Source: Heptranchias perlo
Taxonomy: Eukaryota
Direction of reading: 5' to 3'
Assembly: GCF_035084215.1 (NCBI RefSeq)
Contig: NC_090337.1
Location: 42,036,001-42,100,000, forward strand
Length of the DNA stretch: 64,000 nucleotides
A model generated the notes under the pieces. The model was given only the letters and a program-made list of their open reading frames with translations. It searched no databases and was not told where the DNA came from. Below are positions 1-13,232 of this stretch, piece after piece. The position numbers and the translations under genes were made by a program. Within the stretch, counting starts at the first letter, position 1. Each line of letters begins with the position of its first letter.

Positions 1-32
1 TATCTTCAGCTGCTTCATCAATGACCTTCATC

Positions 33-276
33 ATACGACATAGAAGGAGGTCATGCAGCCCATTGTGTTTGTGCTAGCTCTTTGAAAGAGCTCTCCAATA
101 AGTCTAATTCCCCTGCTTTTTCCCCATAGCCCTGCAAATTTTTCCTTTAAATATATACAGTATCCAATTCCATTTTGAAAGTTATTATTCATTCTGTTTC
201 CATCACCATTTCAGCCAATGCATTCCAGATCATAACAACTCACTGCATAAAAAAATTCTCCTCATCTTCCCTCTGG
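33..276 (-). mobile_element. CR1 LINE 3' fragment
   Basis: Matches the 3' ends of the CR1 copies at 39280-39500 and 59990-60230 (ccatagccctg...tgcattccagatcataacaac). Confidence 0.75.
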
Positions 277-326
277 AAGCTCCATTCACAACGCTTCTGA
301 TAATGAAGCAGCTCATGCTAGCTTAG

Positions 327-720
327 AACAACAACAACTTCCATTTATATAGCGCCTATAACCTAGTAAACGTCCCAAGGTGCTTCATTGGAGCGTTTTC
401 AAACAAAATTTGACATTGAGTCACATGAGGAGATATTAGGACAGGTGACCAAAAGCTTGTTCAAAGAGGTGGGTTTTAAGGAGTGCCTTAAAGGAGGATA
501 GAGAGGAAGAGAGGTTTAGATAGGGAATTCCAAAGCTTAGGGCCTAGGCAGCTGAAGACACGGCCGCCAAAGGTGGAACGATTAAAATTGGGTTACACAA
601 GAGGCCAGAATTGGAGGAGTGCAGTGTTCTCGGAGGGTTATAGGGCTGGAGGAGGCTACAGAGAAAAGGAGGGGCGAGGCCATGGAGGGATTTGAAAACA
701 AGGATGAGAATTTTAAAATC
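327..720 (-). mobile_element. L2-type LINE 3' fragment
   Basis: (caa)n/ttg tail plus the C-terminal motif LDFKILILVFKSLHGLAPPFLCSLLQPYNPPRTLHSSNSGLL; same family as 20972-21640 and 36486-37465. Confidence 0.8.
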
Positions 721-3700
721 AAGCAAACAGGACCTAGACAAGATTGAGGCTTGGGCTGACAAGTGGCAGCTAACATTCGTGCTACATAAGTGCCAGTTAA
801 TGACCATCTTGAACAAGAGAAATCCCAGACACCTCCTCTTGACCTTCAATGGTACCACCATCACTGAGTCCCCAACTATCAACATCTGGAGGTCACCACT
901 GACCAGAACCTGAACTGATTCCACCATTGTCTGTGATGCCATAACAATTAGTAAACTATTGAGATAGCTCCACTTATATCATAATGATGATTAAATATGT
1001 TGACAGTCATGTATTCATTAGCTTTGAAAATTATATTCAAAAGTATCAATGGTCAACAATTGTCACCTTCATAGAGCACAGTGGGATGTGACTGAAAGGT
1101 AGCTCAGTTTATAGTCAAGGATAAAATACGCTTCAGCCACAATAACCTTTTTCCTATTTCTTTTAGAATTTAGATATGTTACAATGTCAATACAAGAATG
1201 AAAAAAGAATTAATCTCAGTTAATGAATTAATGAAAATAATGAATCTGGAAGTTGTGGATGTGTTTTTAGTTGCATAATTACATCATCAGTTTGATGAGT
1301 GGTGAGTTGGGCAGTGGTAACAGTGATATTGTATATTATTTTTATTTGATTTCATACAAATTAATCTCAGTCCTCCTCTTCCCATACAAGCCTTAATCCC
1401 AATGTCCAGAAAGCATTTATACACTGTTCTAGCTTCAGTGTCATAAATTAACAGATATTACCTGAGTTACACTCCCATTATTCTACTGGTTAATTATGCT
1501 ATAAACCGTATATTGCATGCTACTAATTATAAAGTTAAAATTATCATGGTGTATGTTGATTTAAATGGGCAATATCTGAAATATTTAATATATGTGGTTA
1601 AAATAAGAATTTTTAAGCCCTTGGAAGCTTAATAAATGGCTTCAGAATACATTCCCTAGAATATTATTATAGGTACTGGGCCTATGCATCGCTTCTGTTT
1701 TCTCTTACGAGAAACTAGCTTTTGTTATTATGCTCTACTTATGACATGACAAAGGAAAAAGCTTGTTATATTAACTGATCCTGATAAATACTTGCAGTGA
1801 CAAGTATACTCAATATTTTTTAATTCACAGCACATAATTGGCATCCAGGACAAAGGAAACACTGCAGCTGATCAGCAATAAACATATCTCTCAACCACAG
1901 ACCCTCATGAAATAATTCCTGACTGACTGAAGTATTTGAAATGAATAATCATGAACAGCAGCTAAAAAAAGCAGTTACCAACGATGCATTCTTTTGTTGT
2001 TGCTCCAGTGCAGCATTCAGTCGTTCAGATATGGGGAGTATGTGGTCGCAAAATGAGCCGTTGTTGTTAGCCCTGTGTTAAAGTGTTTGCAGGAAAATGG
2101 AATTTTTTTCTCCATTGTTGGTGGTTCTATCAGAGACCTGTCATTTTAAATATCGAGGAATTCGAATTTATGTTTAGCTGTTGAGGTAATAGCGCAGTAG
2201 GTTTCTGTGGCTCAGAATTTTGATATGGTCGGAAGTGATTCTAATCACGATTATGTTGCTGAAGAGGTCAGTTTTTCCAAGGCTTCAATAGACACAGAGT
2301 TTGGCATATAAGCAAAAAAATGGATCTGCAGCAAAGGTTCTCTTACTTAATTTGAAGCTTTGAGCCAAAGGGCAGATGTGCACAGCAGGGACTTGCTACA
2401 AGTACAGTAACTATTACAGCTACTGATAACAGAAACCAGCTAAATTTTCCCAAAGGGAGTAAGTTAGCAGGAAAGCCAGGCTGAAGTATATCTGTTCAGG
2501 GAGAGATATATGATGAATAAGTGATTGTTGGTGAAAATATCACTGTAGCTTAATTCACCGCTACATGGATCTAGCTACCAATGACGTGTAGAAACTATTG
2601 AGGATTTCACAATGTGTATGGATAGTAGATTTTCAAATGTTTGCTGTGTAAACACTGCTGTGCAGTGCACAATTACTGAGTGCAAAGCAACAAATGATTG
2701 CCACATTCAGACAGTGTCATGAATAGAATGTATTATTGGCTTTAGTTATCATTTTTAACTGTTCAGTACAGAGCTTCCGGTTTGTAGATTCTGCTGCTGC
2801 CTGCTTCTTTTGGTACTGTGTGACAGAGGTATGACTGAACGTTTATTACACTCTTTCAATATGAATAATATCACAACCTGAGGCTAGACTCTGAAAGGAA
2901 TCTGCAATCATTTTTCCATTGTAATTATTCATTCAAGTCATCAAAGTAAATCCTTGAGCTAATACCACGCTTTTAAAATTCTGACAGCTAATGGGTCCCT
3001 ATTAAAATCCAATGCTGAAAAGTTCACCTTGCATTTGATTGTCAAAGTTATGTTGCTTTCTTCCTTTCATTTAACTGCATCACTGAATAATTTCATCATT
3101 TGAACAGATAATATGAAAATCATGGTTGAGAATCAACCTATGACACATTCAGTTAAAAAAAACAATGAAAAGTGAACAGGGAAAAAAAGAATAAATTGTG
3201 GTATAATATTGAAGGTGTATGTGCATAGAATCATATAGGCTTTCAGAACTTCAAACCTTTAAATAGAGTGAATTTTCTATGATGTTGTGCAGGGAAAAAA
3301 GGATGCATGAAAATGAGAAACACTGAAGAGTAGGCTAAGTGAGCAGGAGAGAAGGATTAGACACTAGGCTGAATTTTCCATCAGGTCTGCCCGATTTATG
3401 GGCGTAAATCAGGTGAACCCAATTGGGATTATAGCGCTAAATTCTCTGATGCCGGATCTCCACCCATTTGTACATTGCTCATTTTATGTCACCATTTCTA
3501 ATAGTTACAGGAAGCATTTATCCATTTTTGGGAAATTGCATGTAAATGAGGTGAAAATGGCATCTTTCCGTCATACACCCATTCTCTATTATTTCCATTC
3601 ACGTGTTGGTTACTCTTCTCACCTGTATGAAATGGCTGTCCATGGTTGTTAGGCAGTAGAGAGAAGGCAGAAGAGAATTTGAAGTCCTGCACCAATGTTT

Positions 3701-3849
3701 GTTGTATCAGTTTAAAGCTGATTTCTGACTCACATTTGATGGTTTTCTTTGTATTTTGCTGTTGACAAATAATTTGACATTTTTCTTTGTGACATTTGCT
3801 GTGGGGTTGCCATTTATTTCCCCTCTATTTCACAAAGGCATAATGGGTT

Positions 3850-4830
3850 TCCCATGATCAATTCTCCTATATCTTTCCTTTTTGGAAGAAGAGGAGGAGC
3901 AATGGAGGGATGCCTGGCTACTCCGGCAGCACTGAAGGTGCACAGCACCATCAGCCAATGTCTCCATACCAGAATAATTGGGGCAAAGATGTGTTGTCAG
4001 GCAAGCAACGCCTGTGGAGGAATTACATTAAAAAGGAAGCCATCCTTGAGTTGAGTTGCTGCAACCGGGCTTATAACTCACCTCCACCACAAGCACTGCA
4101 CTGCCAATGGCTTTTAAGGTCACAACTGCCCTTTACTTTTGAGCTACGGATGATTCCAGGCAGAGAACTTCACTAACATTAGCCAGTTAACCATGCACAG
4201 ATGCACAAAGCAAATGGTGCCTCCCCCATGGCCAATGCACAGCAGCATGAGAGGGCACAGCAAATTTACAGAATGGCAGGATTCCCAAAGGTGCAAGGAG
4301 CCATAGCTTGCAGCCTTATGGCCTTATGTGCCTCCTTACTCAATGCAACAACCTACATCAACAGGACAGCATACCATTCTCTCAATGGGCAGCACATTTA
4401 CGGCCAGCTGCTTTACAGGCATAATGCAAGCGAATGTTCACTTTCCTAGGAGCTGCATTTTAAGTAATACACTGCTAGTGCTCATTGATCTAGAAAGGTA
4501 AGTGTCTGGGTAGCTTCTAAGAGATTAAAGCTATCCTCTGATTATAGCTGTATAATTGCCCAGGACACAAATTGAGCAGTAATAGGATGAAGTCCATTCA
4601 TGCACCAGAGTAATAATAAATATGCCATTAGCAAGTTGAAGGCACATTTCAATTGCCTAGACTAATTTGTGCATTTCTGTAATATAGTCGTGCTCTGGTC
4701 TCAAGAATCACTGTTGTGTGCTTTATGCTGCACAACTATACCTCACATCATGGAAACCCCAGAGGAAGAAGGCCCTCGTGGGCAAAAGGACAATCAGTGA
4801 GAGGAGCAGCAGAACCCTAAAGAGGATGTA
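3850..4830 (+). pseudogene. Harbinger (HARBI1-like) DDE transposase remnant
   Basis: MAGFPKVQGAIACSLMAL...YINRTAYHSLN resembles the family motif AGFP.V.GAIDCTH..I...NRKG.HSLN; upstream ALPMAFKVTTALYF; stops and frameshifts present. Confidence 0.75.
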
Positions 4831-5084
4831 GAAAACAAAGTGTTGCCAGCTTCAAAAGACATCCATGCCACTTTCACACTGGAGATCTCTTGTACCCTAG
4901 CTGGTCAATGCATTAACAGTCCCTTCCCTCCACGAATAACTCATCATCTACAGACTGCATACAACACACATTAGGCTCCCATTCATCCCAGAACATGAAA
5001 TCAATTTCCACACCTTTCTAACAACAATGTCTGCACCCCCCCCCCCAACAACTTTGAAACCATGAGATATGTAAGCCTAGTATT

Positions 5085-5825
5085 TAAGACCGTAAGAGAC
5101 CATAAGAGATAGGAGCAGGAGTAGGTCATTCGGCCCTTGAGCCTGCTTCGCCATTCAATGAGATCATGGCTGATCTGATTTTTACCTCAACTCCACTTTC
5201 CCGCTTTTCCCCATATCCTTTGACTCCCTTGCTGATCAAAAATTTGTCTAACTCCGCCTTGAATGTATTCAATGACTCAGCCTCCACAGCTCTTTGGGGT
5301 AAACAATTCCAAAGAATCGCGACCCTCTGGGAGAAGAAATTCCTCCTCATTTCCGCCTTAAACGGGCGACCCCTTATTCTGAGACTATGCCCCCTAGTTT
5401 TAGATTCCCCCATGAAGGGTAACATCCTCTCAGCATCTACCCTATCGAGTCCCCTCAGAATCTTGTATGTTTCAATAAGGTCTCCTCTCATTCTTCTAAA
5501 CTCCAATGAGTATAGACCCAATCTGTTCAATCTTTCCTCATAAGACAACCCTTCCAACCTAGAATCAACCTAGTGAACCTTCTCTGAACTCCCTCCAATG
5601 CAAGTATGTCCTTCCTTAAATAAGAGCACCAGAACTGTACGCAGTACTCCAGGTGTGGTCTCACCAGCACCCTGTACAGTTGTAGCATGACTTACCTGCT
5701 TTTATACTCCATCCCCCGAGACGTAAAGGCCAATATTCTGTTTGCCTTCCGGATTACCTGCTGCACCTGTATGTTGACTTTTTGTGTTTCATGTACGAGG
5801 ATACCCAGATCCCTCTGTACCGCAC
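5085..5825 (-). mobile_element. CR1 LINE, 5'-truncated
   Basis: ORF2 C-terminus [31 protein letters not shown]...RNFFSQRV..LWN.LP, followed by 3' UTR and short tandem tail. Confidence 0.9.
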
Positions 5826-7610
5826 ATCACATTATTTATTCCATGGTGCTTCTTTTTGGAACCAGTGTGTGATGTATGTACTCTTATTGCTATCCTTGTG
5901 CTTCCCCTAGATGCTACCTCAGTGGCAGGAGTGCATGAGGTGCTTGGCTGTTGTATTGCAGCAGAAACCTCCTAGGACTGAGGTGGCCCTTGTCTCATGG
6001 CAGTTAGATCCTGCTATGGACCTGCTGCAGGCTGCACCTCTTGTATAGTTGCATGGAGAGCTAGGCCCCGTTTCCTTTGTACCACATGTGCAGACATTGG
6101 AGGGAGTTGGCAGGAAGGTTCATTATTGCCGTGTCACTAGAATTGTATTACACAGTTATCAGCATGCATAATGGATGCGATGAGAAGTGTATGAAACAGG
6201 CCTTTACATTTCATGCGAGGCTTTTTGTGGAGTGCAAGTGGGTAAGGATGCTGGTAAAGGCAGACTTTGGCGGAAGTGTCATGGAAACCCCAGAAAAATA
6301 ACATAAATGGCGTTTACACCTTTTTTTCATGTTTTCCGTAGCCCTTCCACTGAAGTTGTGGTGTATGAACAGAAAAACTCCGATGGAAATTTACCCCCTT
6401 TATCTTTATCCTCATCAATATTATCATCTTTTGTTTCACCTTTGAATGCTCAGTTAACAGAGATACTAACAGTGGCTGGAGTGAAATGGAATCTTCAGTA
6501 GATGAATCTCAAGAAGCAAAATGGGATGATAGAGTCGACACTGAGCTCTTGACGGGATAGTGCAGTCAGGCCATTGAATAAGACTTTCATTGGTTTTCGA
6601 TGGGATAAAATTGATAAAGGCTCAAGTCCTGAGGGGAACCCTGATGGTTGTAATACTTTGTCCTCACATCCCTCTGTCAATGATACAGACAAGAGTGCTT
6701 AGCCTTGTAGCTCAGTTACATATCAAATATGTCTCCATTTAACCCATATGGTTATTCAAGGGAAAAGAGCTAATAGGTGGACCAATATATTCTATTCAAA
6801 AAGATTGAAGTTCCCAGGGTAAATTCCAAGTAATCACCAGGGAATTTGGTTATAATTGTAGTATTCTATCTGTTATATATTAAATTTGTTATGTGGGAGT
6901 GTGCATTTAATTGAAAACTTTTACGGCGCCTGTGCCCCTATGAGCAAATTCATTATACTACCTGTGGTACCAGTTACTCTTCTAGATGATGTTGTGATAG
7001 GAGTTTTCCATGTCAAAGACATCACACCTTGTATGTCACATACTCATCGAGTGCCACATAGTTCCAGTGAATGTACTGATAGGATTTTTAAAAATTCTTT
7101 CTCCACAACCTAAAGCTAAGATTAAATAGTGAAGTAGCTGTTTTTAATTGTTCAGCACTTGGAGGCACAGACCTCTGAAACAATCTCCAAGATTTAAATT
7201 CCTCTTCTCAATCAGCCTTCACTGTTTCATGTGATGCTGTCAGTGTAATTGTCCCACATGTTGGAACACACATCTACTCCCATTACATTTTCTTTGGATC
7301 CCCACTGCTTAAAAACAGATCCATGGTCCAGTTGTTTCAGAGAAGTCTTGATGAATGTTCATCCCCTACGAGCAGAACCTCAGGCCAAAATTGAGCACAT
7401 GCAGCACCACAATTTCTTCCCTCACGTCGCACTGACCAATGTAGTAATAGTAATAGGTTGAAGTAGCTCCCCATGCACTGATCCAAATTTCATCACTCCA
7501 TGGTGTACCCCAGTACCCCTCCCCCCATATTGAGCATGATTCCTGGCCCTGGATAGATGGTAAGTTAGTTTCCCCTCCCTGACTGAGCTAAATTTTCTGA
7601 TTCAATGACA

Positions 7611-8239
7611 GGCCAGAACTTCCACTGACCAGAATTGGGCCTCAAGCTTCTGGTGCACTGTCTATGCACGTCACGTACTTCAGGCCCACATTCTGGCCTA
7701 GACTACTTTCTGGCCCAGAGTGTTTGTGCCTTCAATTATTAAACAAACCGGGCCCAAACATCTGTGGGCTATCCATCCACTGGTGACTTCCAGCGCTGAT
7801 CCTACCAAAGTGTGCAGGGTCACGGGATGTTTCCCTATTTACATAATCCAGGCAGGTGGCATACCACTAGGAACGCATCTCAGGCTCTGCTGGTGGAGGA
7901 AGGCTGCATGTAGCAGAGGGTGCTGCCCACTTCAGGTAGAGTGCCAGGACACCCCCAAGCAGCTGTCCTAAGTAGCCCATTAGAGGGAGACAAAAAAAAT
8001 CCTGCAAAAATGTTTTAAAGCTTTAGAGATAATGAATCCCCAGATGAGCCCCACTTCCGCCAGATGGCAGACTGATAAGCTCCCTCTCACTTGACGTACT
8101 GGCCTGCTGCTGTTCTGCCAATCTGGGGACGAGGAAACTTCCGTCCACTGACACAAAGGACCATTTTTGGAGCGGCCAGAAGAAACTGACAGTGACAATC
8201 AAGACCCAGTGTATCTGGATCCTGGCTTAATTTCTGGCC
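7611..8239. mobile_element. Non-autonomous DNA transposon (MITE-like)
   Basis: Terminal inverted repeat ggccagaa...ttctggcc; no coding capacity. Confidence 0.45.
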
Positions 8240-8878
8240 CTTCTGCCATACTTATGGCAGGAGTGCATTGGAATGCTTCAGCTTTTAGCACCCAACACCA
8301 CCCCCCCCCCCCCCACCACTCTGTTCTATATATAAGATATGTAGACTTTGTTAGGAAGAAGTTGAAGACTTGATGTTGTACATGAGTCTTCACATCTGGC
8401 ACTGTTGGCAGGCATCAATTATTTAGTGTGGAGCCCATGCCCCTCTGGAAACAGGCAATATGTACCTGAGCATATTTCATGATTCACTTGCTTCTGGGAA
8501 GGAGCTCACCGCATGGGAAAATTGTAATGTAAAGGTGAAGGCAGCACTTCTTTGTTAGGATAATAGCAAGTTGTACTTTCACAAAGTCCGGTTTGCCTCA
8601 TTTTTCTCCCTCAAAATCGTCATAGGAGTTTTTTGGGAACAGGGCAAACCAAATTGGTTCCTTTTTTGACATGCAGTCCAACCTTCTTGCCATGTTACCA
8701 GTAGGGTTGCAATATTTTGCAAAGTTGTGCTTTTACTCATGGAAAAAATATTAATTCTATAATTGAATCTACTTGTCTCTTACCCTTGAATTCTTTCTGT
8801 GTCCCTTTTTCCACTTATTTGTTTAACTCATTGTCTTTCTCTATTTGGTTCTGACATATTTTTGCTACTTGACATCTT

Positions 8879-9750
8879 GGCCCCGATATTAGCGGGGAGG
8901 TGGGATGGCAGCGGGGGGACGATTGGGCGCGTGGCAAACCCGCATGAACCAAACTTACCGCTTCCAACACGATCGCACGTTGATTGATAGTGGTTAACGT
9001 CCTCTCCGAGTTTCATGGCCGGCAGCCAGCCTGATTGACAGGCTGGCTGCCATCAGGAGCTGCAACACAAGGGGAGGGGTGAGAAAGAGAGAGAGCAAGA
9101 CATCATCCGGCACTGGAACAGAAGACCGGGGGGAGGAGAATGGAAGATCCAGCGCTGGACTGGAAGACCGGGGGGACAGGGGGAAAGAGGGGAAGACCGG
9201 GAGGGTGGGGGGAGAAAGGACAATTATGGGGGGGAGAGGGGAAGATCGGGAGGGTGAAGAGTGGGACATTGGGGGGATATCGGGAGGGTGAAGAGGGGGA
9301 CATTGGGGGGACATCAGGAGGGTGAAGAGGGGGACAACAGAGTGGGAGACATTAGACACGGTGCAGGTTTCAAAAGTGTTTTCACTTCCTTGCATGGTTT
9401 TTTATTTAATGTATTTAGTTTCTTTTCCCCTGATCTGGCCCTTCATGCCTGGTTTCACCAGGCGTGAATCAGAAGTGGTGGGCAAGCCATCCAGGTAAGT
9501 TAAAAATCTTTCTAATCCCTTCATCTGTCACAGGTAAAGTGCCTTAAGTACCTCAATGAGGTACATTTGGCTCTTTAACTGTCATCCCGCCGGCTTTAAT
9601 TGCCAGCGGGACTTCCGTTTTCGGGTTGCCCACAGGCACACAGGTGGGTTCCTGGGAAACTCGGAAGTCAGTGGGTTGGAGCCGGCTTCCGAACCCAAAT
9701 GGGATTTCCGCAATTTTCGGAGCCCCCAATGCACCCGCATTTGCCTCCTA
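8879..9750. mobile_element. GC-rich non-autonomous element with G-rich internal tandem repeats
   Basis: CpG-rich block in AT-rich flanks; G-run repeats at about 9120-9350; shares gattgacaggctggctg with the element at about 54811-55565. Confidence 0.55.
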
Positions 9751-12151
9751 AACTCACCCAATCTGTTTATTTGTGCTTTTCTCATTCTTTCTCCCCTTTT
9801 TGTATATTTGTCTCCTTTCTCTTCGGTTTGCCTTCTCCTGGCTTTATGTTCCTCCCCCTTTCTTTCTATATGTCTGTGCATAGGTCTCTCTTTATGTCTC
9901 CTGCTCTTTGTCACACACAAATTCAGCCATAGTTAGATAATGGACAGGGCAAATGATGTGCTGCAGAAAATGATTTGTTAATGCTCGGATCTGCTCATAA
10001 CCCATCATTTTCACTGCCTCTGGGACTTGTTATGCCAAACTCTATACTCCGACAAAAATACTCATTACACACAGTCAGTAACAGTCACAGGCTGTTGTGC
10101 CATAACAAATCACTTGACCCAATAATAAATTGCTCCATCTTTACAGTCCACACTCAGAGAATGAACTATTCCATATTCACAGTTACATAATGGATTATTT
10201 CATCTTTACAATCCACTGTCAGCTAAGACTATTTTGTGTTCATGTATATTCCATATTAGATTTCAAACTTTCTTTATAGGAAGATAAAAACAAAAAATAT
10301 GGGCCTTCAGTTTGATTTTCTAAACTCCATTAACTTCAGGTAGGACTTCCTTACTGTTATTAAATTTTCCTTTCTCTGATTTTTTTCTCTCACATACTTT
10401 GTCGATTTCATATACTCAATGTGATCATTTTAATCCATTTGTCTTTTAGCGTACTGTAATATTGCATCTCTTTTGTTTCATTTCGCTCCATCCAGCTTTG
10501 TATCTCTTACACAAATCTTTAGAGTCTGGACCAGTTGATGTTAGACAGCCGTAGAGTAGTTGAGATGGAGGTTGGGTGGGCAGGGAAATGGCAGAAAAAC
10601 TCTGCAGGATGGAACAGCGAGAACAGGCCAAAAGCTGAGGAAATACATGGAGGAATGTTGTAAAGATCCAATTGTGGTCCATGAATAAATGAGGATGGCT
10701 GAGAGAAAAAATAAAAGAAGAAAAAAAGTTAAGATGCAAGAGCGATGTTGCGCCTGTATAAACAAACACTGTGGAAAAACTGCCACTGGCGGCATAGGGA
10801 GAGGTAGGGAACTCGTACAAATCGGAAGTGGAAGAGCCTGAAGGTGGGCACTGAGTTGGTGAGGGAAGTCTAAAGTATATTATTTCAGCTGTGGGAAACA
10901 TGAGGCCACTAAGAAAGGAACGTCTGTGTAGGAGAAATTTGCTGCACCTGTTTTTAAGATGGTATGGTTAAGTGTACAGATACACCGAGTGGTGTTTTTG
11001 CAAATTTCTTAATTTGTTGAGGTCTTTAGTATGTTATAAATGTTATTTTTATGGACAGTATGGGATGGGTGAGAAAGGTAGTTACTAAAAGTGGTAATAA
11101 AAATTGGATGATTTGATTTGTTTGTATAATAATTGTTACTGGATATATATTGGTAGCTTTATCCTAGTTTAGTAAATGCAATGCAATATGATTGGTTGGT
11201 TGGTTGTCTTTTAATCAACAGGATATTGGAGCCAATCAGCATTGTTTACAAATGATGGGTTTGTGATTTGTTAGAGTTCCATCACGACATTTTTTCAGTT
11301 AATCATGTTTTTTTGCCCCAGATACATGTGAAACTTGCCCAATACTTGCCATGTGTAATGAGCATTTTCCCATGCCCTAAAGAGACACATTAAACTCAAA
11401 ACTTTTAATTATTCAGATAAATGCCTGTATTTTCCTATATATGGGTGTTAATATCATCTGATATAAATTTGGAATTTAAGCAGTAAAACAGCTTTGAATT
11501 ATATTTCATAATGTGGCATAATGCCTGACAGTAATGATTACAGTACAATTAGTTATGAAACCAATAAACCAATTAAAGGGTGGGATGTCTTGAAAAGTAG
11601 CCTGTTACCACTTTATGTCAGTAGATTTAGCAACGCACATTGGAAGTATTAGGGCAATGTTTAGGTTTAGTACCACCACTCCATTGTAAAAAGATAAATC
11701 ATTAATGTAGCTCCAGCAGGAGATAATTCAGCTGATTATCTTTTCCTTTCTTTAACTTTCAGGAAACCACTTCAAATGTCCGAGCGGCAGTTGTAGGATT
11801 TTTAAGCAAAACATAACTTAATAAAATTATACTTTCGTACAAAAGCTATATACTTCAGTCTTCTAAAAAGAACAGTAATCAATATTTAATGGAAGCAAAT
11901 AGCAGCCTCTCATATATGTTTGAGAAACTATGTGCTGCAAAGCAGATTGCTGTTTAAATATGAATAATAAATACATGTAAAACCTGAAGATAAAGGTCGG
12001 GCAGATGTGACAGACCTAAGCCAGAAAGTGAGGGCTTGGCAGGTTAGTGGTGAGAGGAGACCTTCACTCGCTCATGTACCACCGCTAATATTCTTAAGAA
12101 GGGCCAAATTATGCATTCGGGATGGGTTTGTAACAGTAAAACTGCTGCCTA

Positions 12152-13043
12152 TTTTTTTTTATTATTCGCTCATGGGATGTGGGCGTCGCTGGTGAGGCCA
12201 GCATTTATTGCCCATCCCTAATTGCCCTTGAGAAGGTGGTGGTGAGCCGCCTTCTTGAACCGCTGCAGTCCATGTGGTGAAGGTTCTCCCACAGAGCTGT
12301 TAGGAAGGGAGTTCCAGAATTTTGACCCAGCGACGATGAAGGAACGGTGATATATTTCCAAGTCGAGATGGTGTGTGACTTGGAGGGGAACATGCAGGTG
12401 GTGTTGTTCCCATGGGCCTGCTGCTCTTGTCCTTCTAGGTGGTAGATGTCGCGGGTTTGGGAGGTGCTGTCAAATAAGCCTTGGTGAATTGCTGCAGTGC
12501 ATCCTGTGGATGGTACACACTGCAGCCACAGTGCACCGGTGGTGAAGGGAGTGAATGTTTAGGGTAGTGGATTGAGTGGCAATCAAGCGGGCTGCTTTGT
12601 CCTGGATGGTGTCGAGGTTCTTGAGTGTTGTTGGAGCTGCACTCATCCAGGCAAGTGGAGAGTATTCCATCACACTCCTGACTTGTGCCTTGTAGATGGT
12701 GGAAAGGCTTTGGGGAGTCAGGAGGTGAGTCACTCACCGCAGAATACCCAGCCTCTGACCTGCTCTTGTAGCCACAGTGTTTATATGGCTGGTCCAGTTC
12801 AGTTTCTGGTCAATGGTGACCCCCAGGATGTTGATGGTGGGGGATTCGGCAATGGTAATGCCGTTGAATGTCAAGGGGAGGTGGTTAGACTCTCTCTTGT
12901 TGGAGATGGTCATTGCCTGGCACTTGTCTGGCGTGAATGTTACTTGCCACTTATCGCCCAAGCCTGGAGGTTGTCCAGGTCTTGCTGCATGCGGGCACGG
13001 ACTGCTTTATTATCTGAGGGATTGTGAATGGAACTGAACACTG
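12152..13043 (-). mobile_element. LINE family B (CR1/L2 group), 5'-truncated
   Basis: RT C-terminus LSTIYKAQVRSVMEYSPLAWMSAAPTTLK.LDTIQDKAARLI; A-rich 3' tail at about 12152. Confidence 0.9.
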
Positions 13044-13232
13044 GTTTATTGGTTTATTGCTGCTTGGGCAAATGTGGTTCTCGAGAGGTTGTGTTGTGAA
13101 TCATCTGGTTCTGAGTATTTTTGGTGCTTAGCACTGGGTTATCCTTGGCTTCCCTTTCTTGCTGCTGCTGCATCGCCTTCATTGCTCTAATGTTTTTGGG
13201 AAGCTTCCTTCTCTGTGCCCTCTAAGAGGATG

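Larger units (their letters stand above)
1..935 (+). mobile_element. Decayed LINE RT fragment (CR1/L2-group 'family B') split by two nested insertions
   Basis: Pieces at about 1-30 (IFSCFINDL), 277-325 and 721-935 (QDLDKIEAWADKWQLTF...LTFNGTTITESPTINI) are colinear with the fuller copies at 30552-31762 and 33344-34253. Confidence 0.75.
3367..6398 (+). mobile_element. Decayed PIF/Harbinger DNA transposon containing a nested CR1
   Basis: Degenerate terminal inverted repeats (ggctgaattttccatc at about 3368; gatggaaatttacccc at about 6382-6397) enclosing a transposase remnant. Confidence 0.6.

Noticed and set aside
1975-2330. Coding-looking stretches on both strands
   Set aside because: Frequent stops, weak splice sites and no recognisable motif.
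8994-9467. Pro-rich and Gly-rich overlapping ORFs
   Set aside because: Open only because of the G-run low-complexity array.
11763-11816. Strong plus-strand acceptor (ttttcctttctttaactttcAG) followed by ETTSNVRAAVVGFLSKT*
   Set aside because: All three frames end quickly, and I found no partner exon or recognisable protein; it remains a weak terminal-exon candidate.
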